Source: Octopus bimaculoides (Eukaryota). From it: a stretch of 40,218 bases of DNA. Each line of letters opens with the position of its first letter. Position 1 is the stretch's first letter. Under the pieces are notes generated by a model. That model made no database searches. It worked only from the letters and a program-made list of their open reading frames with translations, and was not told the DNA's origin. Location of the stretch: assembly GCF_001194135.2 (NCBI RefSeq), contig NC_068998.1, positions 25,139,041-25,179,258 on the forward strand, in the 5' to 3' direction. Positions 24,005 to 36,504 of the stretch are shown here, in pieces. A program made the translations under genes and the position numbers.

Positions 24005-24655
24005 CTAATAATATCTCCTATCTTTCCATAATACCGGTTCCCATATGCTATCCATATCTACACTCATTCTGCTTAGGAAGTTGTTGTGGCCTTGCATATG
24101 TGCTCCTTCATTTAGTTTCCGTATTTTCCAGTAGTGTTCTCTATTAATTTAACTTCATCCCACAGGGGAACGTGGTCTCCATTTTTCCATACATGATCAG
24201 CTATACCCGATTTATCAATATCTCCCCGTGTCACGGCTTTGCGAAGTTCGTCTGCCTTTATTTTGATGGGGCGGCATGTTTCGCCTTTGTATAACCTAGC
24301 AAGGCTGCATGGGATGGAGTACACGCAGTTCTTGGTCTTATTCCTTTCTATTGGTGGTTTTACTCGAATCCATACTTGGTGCGTTATCAATACGTCCAGG
24401 AATGCTAGCTGATTGTCTTTTTCTTTTCCATTGTGAGCTGTTTGCATAGATTTATTGAGTTCACATGATCTAACAGCACTTGGACGTCTTCTTGGTGGGG
24501 CCATAGTATGAAGGTGTCATCAACATATCGCACCGATATGGTTGGTTTTAGTGGTGTTGAACCTAAAGAGAAATTCTCAGAGTATTCCATGTATATATTG
24601 GCTATTATCAGTGATATAGGCGACCCCATTGCTAAACTCTATTCTTGTCAATATA
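24005..24655 (-). pseudogene. Penelope-type RT C-terminal half plus GIY-YIG endonuclease, frameshifted
   Basis: MGSPISLIIANIYMEY...RYVDDTFILWPHQEDVQVLLDHVNSI / EKDNQLAFLDVLIT joined directly to RVKPPIERNKTKNCVYSIPCS..LYKGETCRP..ELRKAV..SGIADHVW / HYWKIRKLNEGAHM...IWEPVL* (stop 24005-24007). Confidence 0.9.
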
Positions 24656-24777
24656 TATCAGGAGGGTATATCAGCCGAAACGTTAAAAACAAACAAGATG
24701 AGGACAAATATCCGTAAAATGTAAATAATGTAAATAATGTACGTAATTCCTCATCTCTTAAATATAGAACTGTAAGA

Positions 24778-24809
<32 letters not shown>

Positions 24810-25017
24810 AATATTAGGGACAAAATCCAAAATTACAGGCAAAAAACTCAATTAAAATCAATTTATAAAAAATTAAAATTAAATTGAGCCTTATAGATAA
24901 AGTATATATAAAATATATAGTTTTAGGGAAAATAACCAATTATCAAGAACTCATCGATGAAAATCCACTATCACATATAGAAAAGTTAATAATTAAAAGC
25001 ACAATAAATGAGTATAA

Positions 25018-25541
25018 NNNNNNNNNNNNNNNNNNNNNNNNNNNNNNNNNNNNNNNNNNNNNNNNNNNNNNNNNNNNNNNNNNNNNNNNNNNNNNNNNNN
25101 NNNNNNNNNNNNNNNNNNNNNNNNNNNNNNNNNNNNNNNNNNNNNNNNNNNNNNNNNNNNNNNNNNNNNNNNNNNNNNNNNNNNNNNNNNNNNNNNNNNN
25201 NNNNNNNNNNNNNNNNNNNNNNNNNNNNNNNNNNNNNNNNNNNNNNNNNNNNNNNNNNNNNNNNNNNNNNNNNNNNNNNNNNNNNNNNNNNNNNNNNNNN
25301 NNNNNNNNNNNNNNNNNNNNNNNNNNNNNNNNNNNNNNNNNNNNNNNNNNNNNNNNNNNNNNNNNNNNNNNNNNNNNNNNNNNNNNNNNNNNNNNNNNNN
25401 NNNNNNNNNNNNNNNNNNNNNNNNNNNNNNNNNNNNNNNNNNNNNNNNNNNNNNNNNNNNNNNNNNNNNNNNNNNNNNNNNNNNNNNNNNNNNNNNNNNN
25501 NNNNNNNNNNNNNNNNNNNNNNNNNNNNNNNNNNNNNNNNN
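25018..25541. other. Assembly gap
   Basis: N run. Confidence 0.99.
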
Positions 25542-26178
25542 TATATATATATGGGAAAAAATGGAGGAATTAATATTCAGACATTAATTCTTTTGAAACA
25601 AATGCAATTTCAGATAATATCAATCCCATGGTTCCTACGCTCGTTTCCATGCCTATTTTATTCAAATTAGAAAAACTAAATTCGAGACTGATAATGAATA
25701 TAGTTGAACGTGGATGCTGACATCCCTTTAAGAGGTATTTATATCCTCGAAATAATTCATATATATATACATATACAAATACACTCGCACACATTTATGT
25801 ATGTAGGCATGTATATATATGTTGATTTGTTCTTCTGTCTCAGAACACAATTTGTTTTCTGATAGTCAATAGTGAATCTAATGTGCTTTGCTATTTATAT
25901 ACTCTGGAGTATTGACACATGTGAAGTATGAAAACAATACAAATACCTAGAACACAAATACAATCAATTTGCTTCGCAAGAGCGCTTACCAATCGGATAA
26001 CAACATTAAAGTTTTAACGTAAAACATTACCTACGGAAATTAGTTGCTATACTAATTACGTGGCTAAATATTTCGTTGTTATATAGAAAAAAATATTTTG
26101 TTCAAAGCAAATACAGAGAAGATTCGACCAGGTTGATATGATTTAGAATTAGGTCGGGGAAATATATATATATAAGGA

Positions 26179-26216
<38 letters not shown>

Positions 26217-26319
26217 TTGTGTGTGTGTGTGTAAATATTTGTGTATGTGTGTATGTATGTATTTATTTATGTATGTATGTAAGTATGTTTGCAAGATAAC
26301 ATATATAAGATAAAAGATA

Positions 26320-27325
26320 TTTCAAATTTCGCCTACGTGCAATTTCATTTGCTAGTGGTTTGCATTCCTCAATAATTTCCAGTTCTTTATCATCCACTCG
26401 TTCATCTCCAGGTGAGGCAATGTCTTTAACCTTGCTTTGTTTTCATCGTGTCATCAAATACATTAATCCATTGTCTCTGAGCATCAATCCATGAATCACA
26501 CTGGATTGAAAATCTCACAAGATCATATTGTCGGTGATATTTTCAAGTTTATTTTCGTACCATTTCAAAATCTTTCACTCACAATTTGTGAGACTGTTTC
26601 AATTTCTATTCCACAGATCCTACAAAGTTTCGATTTAATACTGTTATCTATCTGGAACTTGCTGTAATTAGTTCTCAGATATTGTTCCTCAACTTTGCAT
26701 GTTAATGCCTCAGCTCATCCTTTCTGATCACTGTTCTTTAGCTACATCCAATTGTTGGACTAGTCTTTTCCTTTCATCTTTCTGAGGTATTATCTATGGA
26801 TAGCTTTCAATCTCCTGTTGTTCAATGTTCTCCTTCCTGTTTCCGGAATTCCTTTGGGTGTCATATTTTCACTAGCTATTGTGTTGCTATTTCTAACAAC
26901 AAAAAACAGTCTATGAATCTCCTGTTTCCCTGTCATTCCAGAACATTTTCCCATTGCATCCTTTGAGACTGCTTCTTCATGGGTTTCTAAACACATATAA
27001 TCTATCGGCATCGCTTCTAAGGTTCAGTTCCGTTTACACTGTCATCAATTTCTTGTTTTTGCTATCCATTTCCACAAGTTCGTTCTTTCTCCATCTAACA
27101 ACATCTGCGCCGCATCACAATTAATGTGACAGCTCATGTATTCATTGCCCTAAACTTGTTCTTTCTATTGCGTCTACTCTCCATGATTAATTTCGTTCGC
27201 CTAACGCTTACCTTCCTTTCACTCAGATTGATTATGCCGTAGTCCAGAATACCCAGATATTTGTAACCATCCGCCTCCCAACTCTTAGTTCTGCCGCCGT
27301 TAGGCAATTCTACAAAATCATATTA
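26320..27325 (-). mobile_element. Decayed R4/Dong-type non-LTR retrotransposon fragment (RT C-terminus, CCHC knuckle, restriction-like endonuclease)
   Basis: Pieces with stops and frameshifts: DGYKYLGILD...RAMNT*AV / GADVVRWRKNELVEMDS..KLMTV..RSDADRLYVFR / LKNSDQKG*AEALTCKVEEQYLRTNYSKFQIDNSIKSKLCRICGIEIETVSQIVSE / DIASPGDERVDDKELEIIEECKPLANEIAR. The order matches RLE-type LINEs. Confidence 0.8.
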
Positions 27326-27432
27326 CTAATAACATCATTATTATTATTTCCATTTTATTTCTCAGAATTCTCGTTCTTACTTGTTCCGGTAAATTCTGAC
27401 CCTACATAACTTTAATTTCTAACTCTACCTTC

Positions 27433-27489
<57 letters not shown>
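27433..27489. repeat. Perfect (AGT)n microsatellite
   Basis: Direct reading; explains the poly-Tyr in ORF 27431..27676. Confidence 0.95.
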
Positions 27490-30400
27490 TCCATTTTTCT
27501 GATACAAGTATCACTCCCACTCTCTTAAGTAGTTTGTCTCGGTATTGTGTTATGTTGTATTCAGGGCATGACAGATGCTCAGCTTTGAAGTAATTATAAA
27601 CTGTAAAATGTCGTACATGCCAATCCTTGGGAGAAGAAATGAAAGGAATACGTAGCACAGACGTGAATTTCAACAAAACTCCAATTGAACTGCCCTACAA
27701 TATGCACCAGGAATGAAATAGAAATTAAAGAAAAGAAAAACACATATATATTAAACAGATATCTCACACCAATAATAAATGATTAAGTTATAAGCTTATA
27801 GCTACAGTATGAATACACTCACACTCACACAGGCACAGTTACTCACATTTTTGTAGAAACCACTCTACCCGATGCTCAACGTTCCATATTTAATGGTGAT
27901 ACCCACTTGCTCTTATATATCGTTTTTATCAAAAAGTTCCGAGACAATTTCTTTGGATGGCTATGTAGGTAAATTTCATAGTATATTTGACTAGATCATT
28001 AATAATGGACATGTTTATAAACATAAAACAAGATTAGTCGCCATGAAAACTTTGAAACAATTGTCAACTGTGAAATAAAATTATTATTACAAAGTCTCCA
28101 ATTTTAAGATTTTCTTATTTATATTTCTATATGTAAACATGTGAGAGTGTGCGCTTATGTGTATATAGTAATATATGTATATATATATATATATATATAT
28201 NNNNNNNNNNNNNNNNNNNNNNNNNNNNNNNNNNNNNNNNNNNNNNNNNNNNNNNNNNNNNNNTATATATATTCACACACACACTCACACTCACATATAC
28301 GCATATATGTGGTTGTATATATTCTGTATTTATATATGTGCGTGTGTGTGTGTGCGCGCGTGCGCGTAATATCAAGCTTGTTTTGATTAGAGTTGATTGA
28401 TTGTATACAGAAATGTAGCGCTGGGGGCGAGTGCCATTAAACTCTGTATTTTACCGTGCCTACGGTATTATTCTATAATTTCTTCAGCACAGCCAAAGCT
28501 CAACCACTGAAAATGTTTCGATTGTGATACTGACTACTTGGTATAGTCTCTACTTGACAGGAATATCATCAGTGACATGGGCCTTACCAAAGACATTTTG
28601 GGAGAGATATTTTTCCCCATTTATTTAGACGTAGCTCCTGACTACATGCATTCAACTTTACTCTTGTGGTCATCTTATTCCTGTCATATTATTAATTGTC
28701 TGCCAAATTACAAATGAATTCTCGTTCTCTGTTGTTTGCCCAATTGAGTTAGTTTCCTGCTGATATAGTTTTGTTATCGTACCTGACATGTTTTATGTGA
28801 TTTCCTTTGTACTTATCTGTATTTCGTCATATGGGTATGTGTGTATGTGTGAGTGCGTGTGTGCGTATGTGTGTGAGTGGTGTGTGTGTGTGTGTATGTG
28901 TTAATGCGGATGTGTGTTCGCGCTCGCACGTGTCAGTGTGCGTTATCCCATAACATCTAAGCAAACCACGGGCAGACTGACCGAGGAGTTTCTTAATGGC
29001 ACACTAACGAAAAATTACGATACATATTTTTAGTAGTGCAACCTGCCTGATTATTAGACATTTCACAGGGGGTACAATTTTCGAAAAGAGGTGCCTATGC
29101 CTGATCAAAGCGCATTATCTTGTGGCTCATATGATGGAGCTGCGACAGTAATTTCGTATGTTAGGTATCTGAATTGGGCACTATGTTGTGTCTATTTGTT
29201 AGGCACATATTTCATGTTCCTCCATGTTCCTCATGTCCCTTTATGTTCCTTCTGTAAGCAGTCGAAATGACTACCAGCTTACTGTTTGAGCATTTCTGTC
29301 TTCCTTCAAAATCCGTGATATATCGACGCGTCAAACATGAGTGGGACAAGAACATATCTATATCGGAACTACAAAAAAAAAAAAAATTGCGGAATAACCT
29401 TTTTGTTCATATCGCTTCCCATTTACATCTAAACAAACTTCCACTTATGTACCTCCACCTTCACTCGCACGCTCATGCATACAAACACATACACGCACAC
29501 ACACACAAACACACACATACACACACACACGCGCAAACGCATATACATATGTTTGAGCGTTTTTGTATGTATGTTTATGTATCTATCTATGTACGCATGT
29601 ATATGGAGTTGCTTCGTTTTGTCTAATTTGAGGATAACCAGATGTTACCTCTCACGTCTTCACATAGAAGACATCGCTCAAAAGACAACAATCATAACAT
29701 CGTATCATTTTAAAGAAAATAAGCACCAGTATCCATGGAAATTTTGGAACATTGATCTACTTCTTGATATGGAACGCTTCACTCATTTGGTGTACACTTG
29801 TATTTGTCTGTGTATGTATACATACAGATATATATATATATATATACATATAGACGTATGCATATTCATACAAACACATATATCTATGTATACACGCATA
29901 AATATGTGTTCGTATGTGTATATACATCTATATGTGTATATATGTGTATATATTTATTTACGCATATGTGTTTATGTCTCTCTACGTATATGCCGGTGTG
30001 TTTGTACTTGCGTACGTATACACTATTCCTATACGTAAGAATTCGTATTTTTATGCAATAAACCTAACATGCTTCAATATAATATTTGAGAGTGTCATTC
30101 TCGAATAGCCTTGTCTGTAGTTAATGTTTATGGCTTAAATAACATTTGCCATATCTTCCATTATATCTGGTTTATCTGGTACCGAATGAGGAGCCAAATG
30201 CTTAGAATCTCTAATCGTCTGCCATTTACTCTGCGCATAAAATAGAAAACTTTTGTTGAAAAATAATAAGCTGTTGTTGTTGTTTTTTATTTCTATTCCA
30301 CAATGGCATTTTGCATTATTTGGAAGCTAACTTCCTTATATTCAGTATCAAATGTGATTTTAGCGTGAAAATAACAATATAGATTTGTATAGCATATTCC

Positions 30401-31267
30401 TTTTCTTTTTTCTTTTATCGCTCATAATGAAATATTCTTTGAATGCTTACAATTCAGGAGTTTTCAATTAAATAGTGACTGGTATTCAGTGTATTTCAGT
30501 TTAGAACATTACATCTTATCTGTTCTATTATTACTTAAAACTATCAACTCCTGATTGATTCATTGTCAGAAGACGGACATAAATCTCGCCTCAACAGGAT
30601 ACTAAATAACACAAAGCCCTTTATAATTGGCAGCATGTCTGTAAGAAATTGCAGTATTATTCATGATTGTGTATTTATTTGTGTCTACGTGATTGTATAT
30701 CTGTTCTTTACAAATGTTATTGTTTTAATATATTGTACTGGTTTTATCTTCCTTTGAAACATTCACAGGAGATTTTTTTTTTTTTAATAGAACTTTACAA
30801 AAAAAAAATTTCATTTGATGTTGCATATTGCATCAATGTCTGCAATCTTTTTCATATAAGTATTTGAAGTTTGCAATGGATAATATATAAAAAAAAAAAA
30901 CAACAACCACATATTAATAGATAACGTATTTAAACATGAATATTTCGGAATACTTATTTATCACAGTGCTTCAGAAACTTTTTTCTCATTAATATACTGT
31001 CATATAAACTTAAATCTTTTCGGAATAAATTCCTGTGGAGAATACGTACGAGAATGTAAAGACCCTGGTTTTCACTTTGACTTAGATTCGTATGTTTCCT
31101 TCTACTATTGTACGTGTATGTAACAAACCTAATTACGTGTGCATGCATATGTATAGATATGAATACACTGACACATACACAGACAAACACACATATGTAT
31201 ATATATGCATATATATGTGTGTATACACATATATATGTGCATATCTCTATATATAAATATATATATA

Positions 31268-31426
31268 ATACGACAGGCCTCTTTTAGTATTCGTCTACGA
31301 ACTCCATTCACAAGGCTTTGGTAGGCACGAGGCTATAGTGGAAGATACTTACCCGAGGTGCCAGTGCCACGGAACTCGGCACCATATAGGTGGGAAGCAA
31401 ATCTCTTGCAACACAGCTATGCTGCC
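31268..31426 (-). mobile_element. tRNA-headed octopus SINE (family A), second copy
   Basis: Reverse complement ggcagcatagctgtgttgcaagagatttgcttccc...ggcacctcgggtaagtatcttccactatagcc...aaagccttgtgaatggagttcgtagacgaatactaaaagaggcc.gtcgta aligns with 5010-5170. Confidence 0.8.
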
Positions 31427-31634
31427 TCTCTCTCTCTCTTTCTCACTATATATATATATATATATATGTATGTATATATCTATATATGTGTGTGTGTGTA
31501 TACGTATGTAAGGTTGTCTAAATTATTTGAGGACACATTTGTTTTGTTTTCTTTATAAATATATATATAATAGAAACCATTAGTGATGAAAATATTTGTA
31601 CATATATACTAGATTGTCTTCTTTATAATCTTAT

Positions 31635-32350
31635 TCAGTGACGCCACCTGCGTCTACATGCCCGAATTAAATAGTCTTGTCTCAAACCAGACATTACTCT
31701 GACTATGGTGGCTTTCAAAGAATCATTGACCTCTTGTTGAAAAACGCTCCACACATAGGAGTTCAATGAATTGGGATGCGGTACCTTTGAAGAACACGTT
31801 TTATGTAGCCATAAGCTGAAGCATGCACAGCCTTCCATTGTGTACTTTATCCAGGGCTTAAAAATTGTTTCCAGTACCTCACTGTAGCCAGCAGAGTTGA
31901 TTCTTAGGCCTTGTGGAAAGAAATGATGAGATATCATATGTCCTTCATAACTAGAAATTTTTAAACCAATGACAATTGCAAGCAATTTTCTGCGCATGAT
32001 AATGCTATCTTAAGAAGGGTCTGAAGATAGTCATGTCACTTTTCTATTAATCTCGTGGTACGGGCCATACTTTTTTCTCATTTTTACCGTATGTCTTCGT
32101 GGAAGACATTTCTGATTGTCCCTTCTGTCAAATGGAGATCTTTTGCAATTGACCTCATGGATTTTCTGGGATTTCCGCCAATGATCTGCTGAATCAGTTG
32201 AATGAATTCGGGTGTTCTGTTTGTGTGGGAGCGTTGGAAATACTTATTGCGTTTCGATTCTGGTGATACATTTCTATCAGAGGCTTGTAGCACATTCATA
32301 ATTCTAATACGAAAGATCTGGTGACTTTTAAAAATTGAGCTATCGTTCAA
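31635..32350 (-). mobile_element. Decayed Tc1/mariner (maT-like) transposase with HTH and catalytic-domain remnants
   Basis: RTPEFIQLIQQIIGGNPRKSMRSIAKDLHLTEGTIRNVFHEDIR (HTH) and SYEGHMISHHFFPQGLRINSAGYSEVLETIFKPWI...PHPNSLNSYVWSV...DSLKATIVRVMSGLRQDYLIRACRR; several internal deletions. Confidence 0.85.
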
Positions 32351-32614
32351 ACGCTGTGCTTAGCCTTTCAGGTCACAATTACAGCATTACAGTTACATTT
32401 TGTATAGGTTGCATTGTTGGACTTAGTGCTCATAGTTTGCGTTGTGTATTAAGTATCAATAGATGTAGTAGTTATTTTCGGTCTCCTTAATAACTGCAGC
32501 AAGGTTTAGACTGAAAATGATGTTCTATATATCCTGTTGACATTATTAATTGTCTTTGTCGAATCTGAAATGTATATACGTACTGGCACCAGATTTTGTA
32601 ATACTGTATTTGAA

Positions 32615-32757
32615 GGCGGCGACCAGCCAGAAACGTCAGCACACCGGATGAAATTCTTAGCGCTATTTCGTCTGAGTTCAAATTTCGCCGAGGTCGATCT
32701 AATCTACTGGACCCCTTCCCCAAAAATGTCGGGCTTTGTCCTAGAGTAAAAAAGAAT
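32615..32757 (+). mobile_element. tRNA-headed octopus SINE (family B), internally deleted, first of a tandem pair
   Basis: ggcggcgaccagccagaaacgtcagcac...tatttcgtct|gagttcaaatttcgccgaggtcgat|ctaatctactgg.cccc..ccccaaaa.tgtcgggc..tgtcctagagtaaaaaagaat. Confidence 0.8.
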
Positions 32758-32769
32758 ATTGTATTTGAA

Positions 32770-32970
32770 GCGGCGAGCTGGCAGAAAGGTAATCGCGAAA
32801 TGATTTGCGGTATTTCGTCTGTCTTTACATTCTGAGTCCAAATTCCGCTGAGGTATTTTTGGGCGCGATAAATTAAGTACCAGCTGCTTACTGGGGTCGA
32901 TCGATGTAATAAACTGGCCCCCTCCCCGCAATAGTTCGAGCCCTGTACGTAGAGAATAAAAGAAAATGAT
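32770..32970 (+). mobile_element. tRNA-headed octopus SINE (family B), second of the tandem pair
   Basis: gcggcgagctggcagaa...tatttcgtctgtctttacattctgagtccaaattccgctgagg...gataaattaagtaccag...tactggggtcgat...; different deletions from the first copy. Confidence 0.8.
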
Positions 32971-33027
32971 CATTGTATTATTCAAACTTAAGTTTTCTCA
33001 AAATTATTTGCAAACATTTCGATATCC

Positions 33028-33064
<37 letters not shown>

Positions 33065-33080
33065 NNNNNNNNNNATATCC

Positions 33081-33114
<34 letters not shown>

Positions 33115-33329
33115 GGATACATTTCAAAATGTAGGTACATGCAGATCGTTAGCGATTTTGTTTCTTCTGTATTCCTTTTCTATTAGACTATCCTCTGTCT
33201 CCTTCTTTGCTCGAAATGTAAAACCACCATTCATTTCTTCCTTGAGCGTCTGCTAATACTTTACATGTAGCACATCCTCGCGTTGTTGCTTTTTATTTTG
33301 CGTTTGTTTTTCGTCTTTTTGAGGAGTTA

Positions 33330-33383
<54 letters not shown>

Positions 33384-33416
33384 ATGTGTGTGTGTATNNN
33401 NNNNNNNGTGTGTGTG

Positions 33417-33475
<59 letters not shown>

Positions 33476-35893
33476 GCCAGGATATGGAATATTTATGGAA
33501 TGTATTATAATGTCTATTGTTTTGACATTTATGCATGGAGTTGAAATATATTTTCTGATATAATTTAATTCGTTCAATTCTTATATTCTCTATCTCTCTT
33601 ACCTATATATATTTCAACGTTCTCTATAGAATATTTGACAATAGTAACAGGGTTTGAAATGTCAAAACTGTTGCAGCATCAATTCAAAGATTGTTAATAT
33701 ATCTATTTCCGCTTCATCTCTTGTAGTACGCTAACTTATTTTTCCGAAATGAAATAATCCACAATATTGAACTGATAATATTTAGTGCGAATGTATTATC
33801 CCTTTGAATTATAAGATTATTATGAATTACGATTTAAAAGCAGCTCTAGTGGAATGTAAACATTATCGATCGCACATAGCTAGTGAATGCGTTTTACTTA
33901 TTCATTCGTTAAATTTGCTGTTGGGATAGCGTCCGAGGAATGCTCCCCACTGGATGCCGAGTGTTAAACACACTTGAATGTCACAGACCAAACGGGCGAT
34001 TTACCTCGGAGTCACCGAGAATGGAATACACCGAGATTTCGCCATTATTGTGGCTTATCAGATGTATGTACATGGATTATATCGCAAAGAGATCTATTTG
34101 CTGAAGTGCCGTGGCGTAGTCTACAGAGATTTCCGCAGACGCTAAACTGCAGCATATTTTGTGTATAAACTAACACATGCACTATGTTTACATTACTTGA
34201 GCAGCGTTTAATTTATAATTTAATTTACTTCTACATGTGCCTCGCCGCAGCACACCAGCGAATAAATTTCACTCCAATTGCATAAAAGTTACAGACCCAC
34301 GATTCCCTTCTTTTTGACATGATCTGAGTACATAGTATCGATAATCCACAATAATTTCGAAATATTGGCATCTACCATTCTCGGGCATTCTGAGACGAAT
34401 TCTGCAGCAAATTTGACGTGTAGACATCACACATACACTATATATGTGCAGCCGATAATGTTTACAAAATTACTATTTTTGAGAGGACGGACCCCTTAAA
34501 AACCATTATATTGTATTAATGAAATTACACATATGCTCGTTATCGCTATCTGTCACACCTTCAAGAGCTCAAGTGATTTGATCAATCTAAGCAGACAATT
34601 CCATTACAATACAGTATATGAGAGGCAGATATATTTTATTACATGTTGAATTATGTAAACAATCTTCCCTAATGCGGTAATTAAAGGAAGATTTGGAACT
34701 CCTTTTCTCGAAGGAATCCTTGAAATTGTTGTTCATTTTCCCTCCAGAGATCCAAATTACTAGACATATATAAGTAGTGGAAATAACTGCTTACTATTTG
34801 AATACCAACTTGAATAAATATAACAAATTATTGTGATTCTTATGCCTGTCAGCATTATTACACTTATTGAAAATTACCTAACAGCTTCACACTAATGCAT
34901 TGTTTGGTTTGAGATTGTATGTATGTATGTATGTATGTATGTATGAATGTATGTATGTATACATGTATGTATGTATATGTATATGTGTGTGCGTGTTTCA
35001 ACAAAAGCTATTTTCTGTATCTTTCCTACTTGTTCCCCTAAAAATAGAAAGAAAGTAGCAATGTTAATTTTGTTATATAAACATTCATTCATATCCATAA
35101 ATAGGTTTACAAAATGCCTCTAGTTTTTGTTTTCTTTGCATACACTACTTTTGTCCGTATAGTTAACTAACGATATCTAATATGCATATAGCAATATTGA
35201 TTTCTTATAACGCTAACATTTCATTCATAAATCTAGATAGTTATTCCGAGTGAATTATTCAAATACTTTCTAATATCTTAATTTTTTTTATTTAAAATTT
35301 TATTAGTATGTGATGCTTTCTTTAGATAATGTTACTCTATATTTTTCAAAAAATATCTTGCATAGTTCGAGTGATTTTGCCTATGTTGTAATGAAAACAA
35401 TTACAGATATATAGTCACTTTTTCATTTATAATTTGACCTTCACAATTTCTTTCTATAACGTTCAATAGCCGAACTCATATTTCAATCGATATTTCCAAA
35501 CATGGTTGTGCTCATTGCGTCTTAGTTATGGGCAACTAGTCAATTTGTGAATGCTCTTGGTAAAGTCTGCAAGATGACAAGATAATTAGAAATTTTACAA
35601 ATCAGATAACATATTTTTAAGGGGTTACAAAACGGTACGTCATAAAGATATCAACTCATTGATTTGCTTTCATATTTAGAAGGCATCTACACGTCCACCA
35701 AAACACCAGTTCATGAAAAGTAATGTCACAGCAAAGTACTCAAATGGAAATAGCTTGAGGCCAGCGAACACTAAGTAGTTGATGACAATAGCATAAAGCT
35801 AAAAAAAAGACACTGTGAGAGAGAAAAAAGAATTAGAGATAGACAAACACTCAGACAGAGCGGAAGAGAGAGAGATGGAGAGAAGGGTGCAGA

Positions 35894-35897
<4 letters not shown>

Positions 35898-35962
<65 letters not shown>
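35898..35962. repeat. (GA)n microsatellite
   Basis: Direct reading. Confidence 0.95.
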
Positions 35963-35965
<3 letters not shown>

Positions 35966-36457
35966 GGGAGATAGGATTGTCAGATGTTTGTTAGAGTGTA
36001 TGTGATAATGTGATACGCAATCCATCCAATGAATTTCTTAGGATGTGATTTACGATGTCTGAATCTCCCAGTAGTACTGTTTCAGATTTCTACATGTATT
36101 CCATTGCCAATTTTAATCAAGTTTTGTACACAATTAGTAGTTGTTGATAGACATTAGTTTACTGAAAAAATATTATAGCTTATGTGAAACAGTCATTGCT
36201 ATGTTGAATACGTTTGTAGCGATACAACGTGATGGTGAGAGCTAGCATTTGCAGTGAACGTGTAATTTCATTTTGCATGTTGCTAATACTTTGCAGTATA
36301 TGGTCCAATGATGTTTTTGTTTTCATGTGTAAATTAATATGCTGCTTTGCTGCTTAATCATCTCTGTGCTTGCTTCGGCTTGTTATAGAACAGATTTTGA
36401 TTGAAGCTTGCAAAGCAGGATTAGTGGAGTTGTGCTTAATCTTTTCTCGTATATCAG

Positions 36458-36504
36458 CTTCGTTATTCATCTAAATCATTTCCGGAACTACAAGAATATT
36501 TTCG
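36458..36504 (+). CDS. Candidate isolated 47-nt internal exon (unassigned)
   Basis: Acceptor cttaatcttttctcgtatatcag| and donor TCG|gtaagg; frames LRYSSKSFPELQEYF or FVIHLNHFRNYKNIF are open. No homology recognised. Confidence 0.17.

Larger units (their letters stand above)
23770..24775 (-). mobile_element. 5'-truncated, internally deleted Penelope-like retroelement with an inverted terminal repeat fragment
   Basis: RT and GIY-YIG remnants on the minus strand, then a tRNA-like segment and (AAT)n. The terminal motif ggacaaatatccgt(c/a)aa(t/a)tgtaaataa(c/t)gtaa is on - at 23770-23801 and on + at 24702-24733. Confidence 0.85.

Noticed and set aside
31509-32508. Possible TIR pair around the second mariner remnant (31509-31536 vs 32481-32508)
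   Set aside because: Only a partial match (tcct.aa.taa) with gaps; too weak in AT-rich sequence to define ends.
33977-34146. Plus-strand frame containing CRGVVYRDF, like the kinase catalytic loop (GVVYRDLK)
   Set aside because: Lacks the following K..N, ends three codons later, has no other kinase motifs and no clear splice sites.
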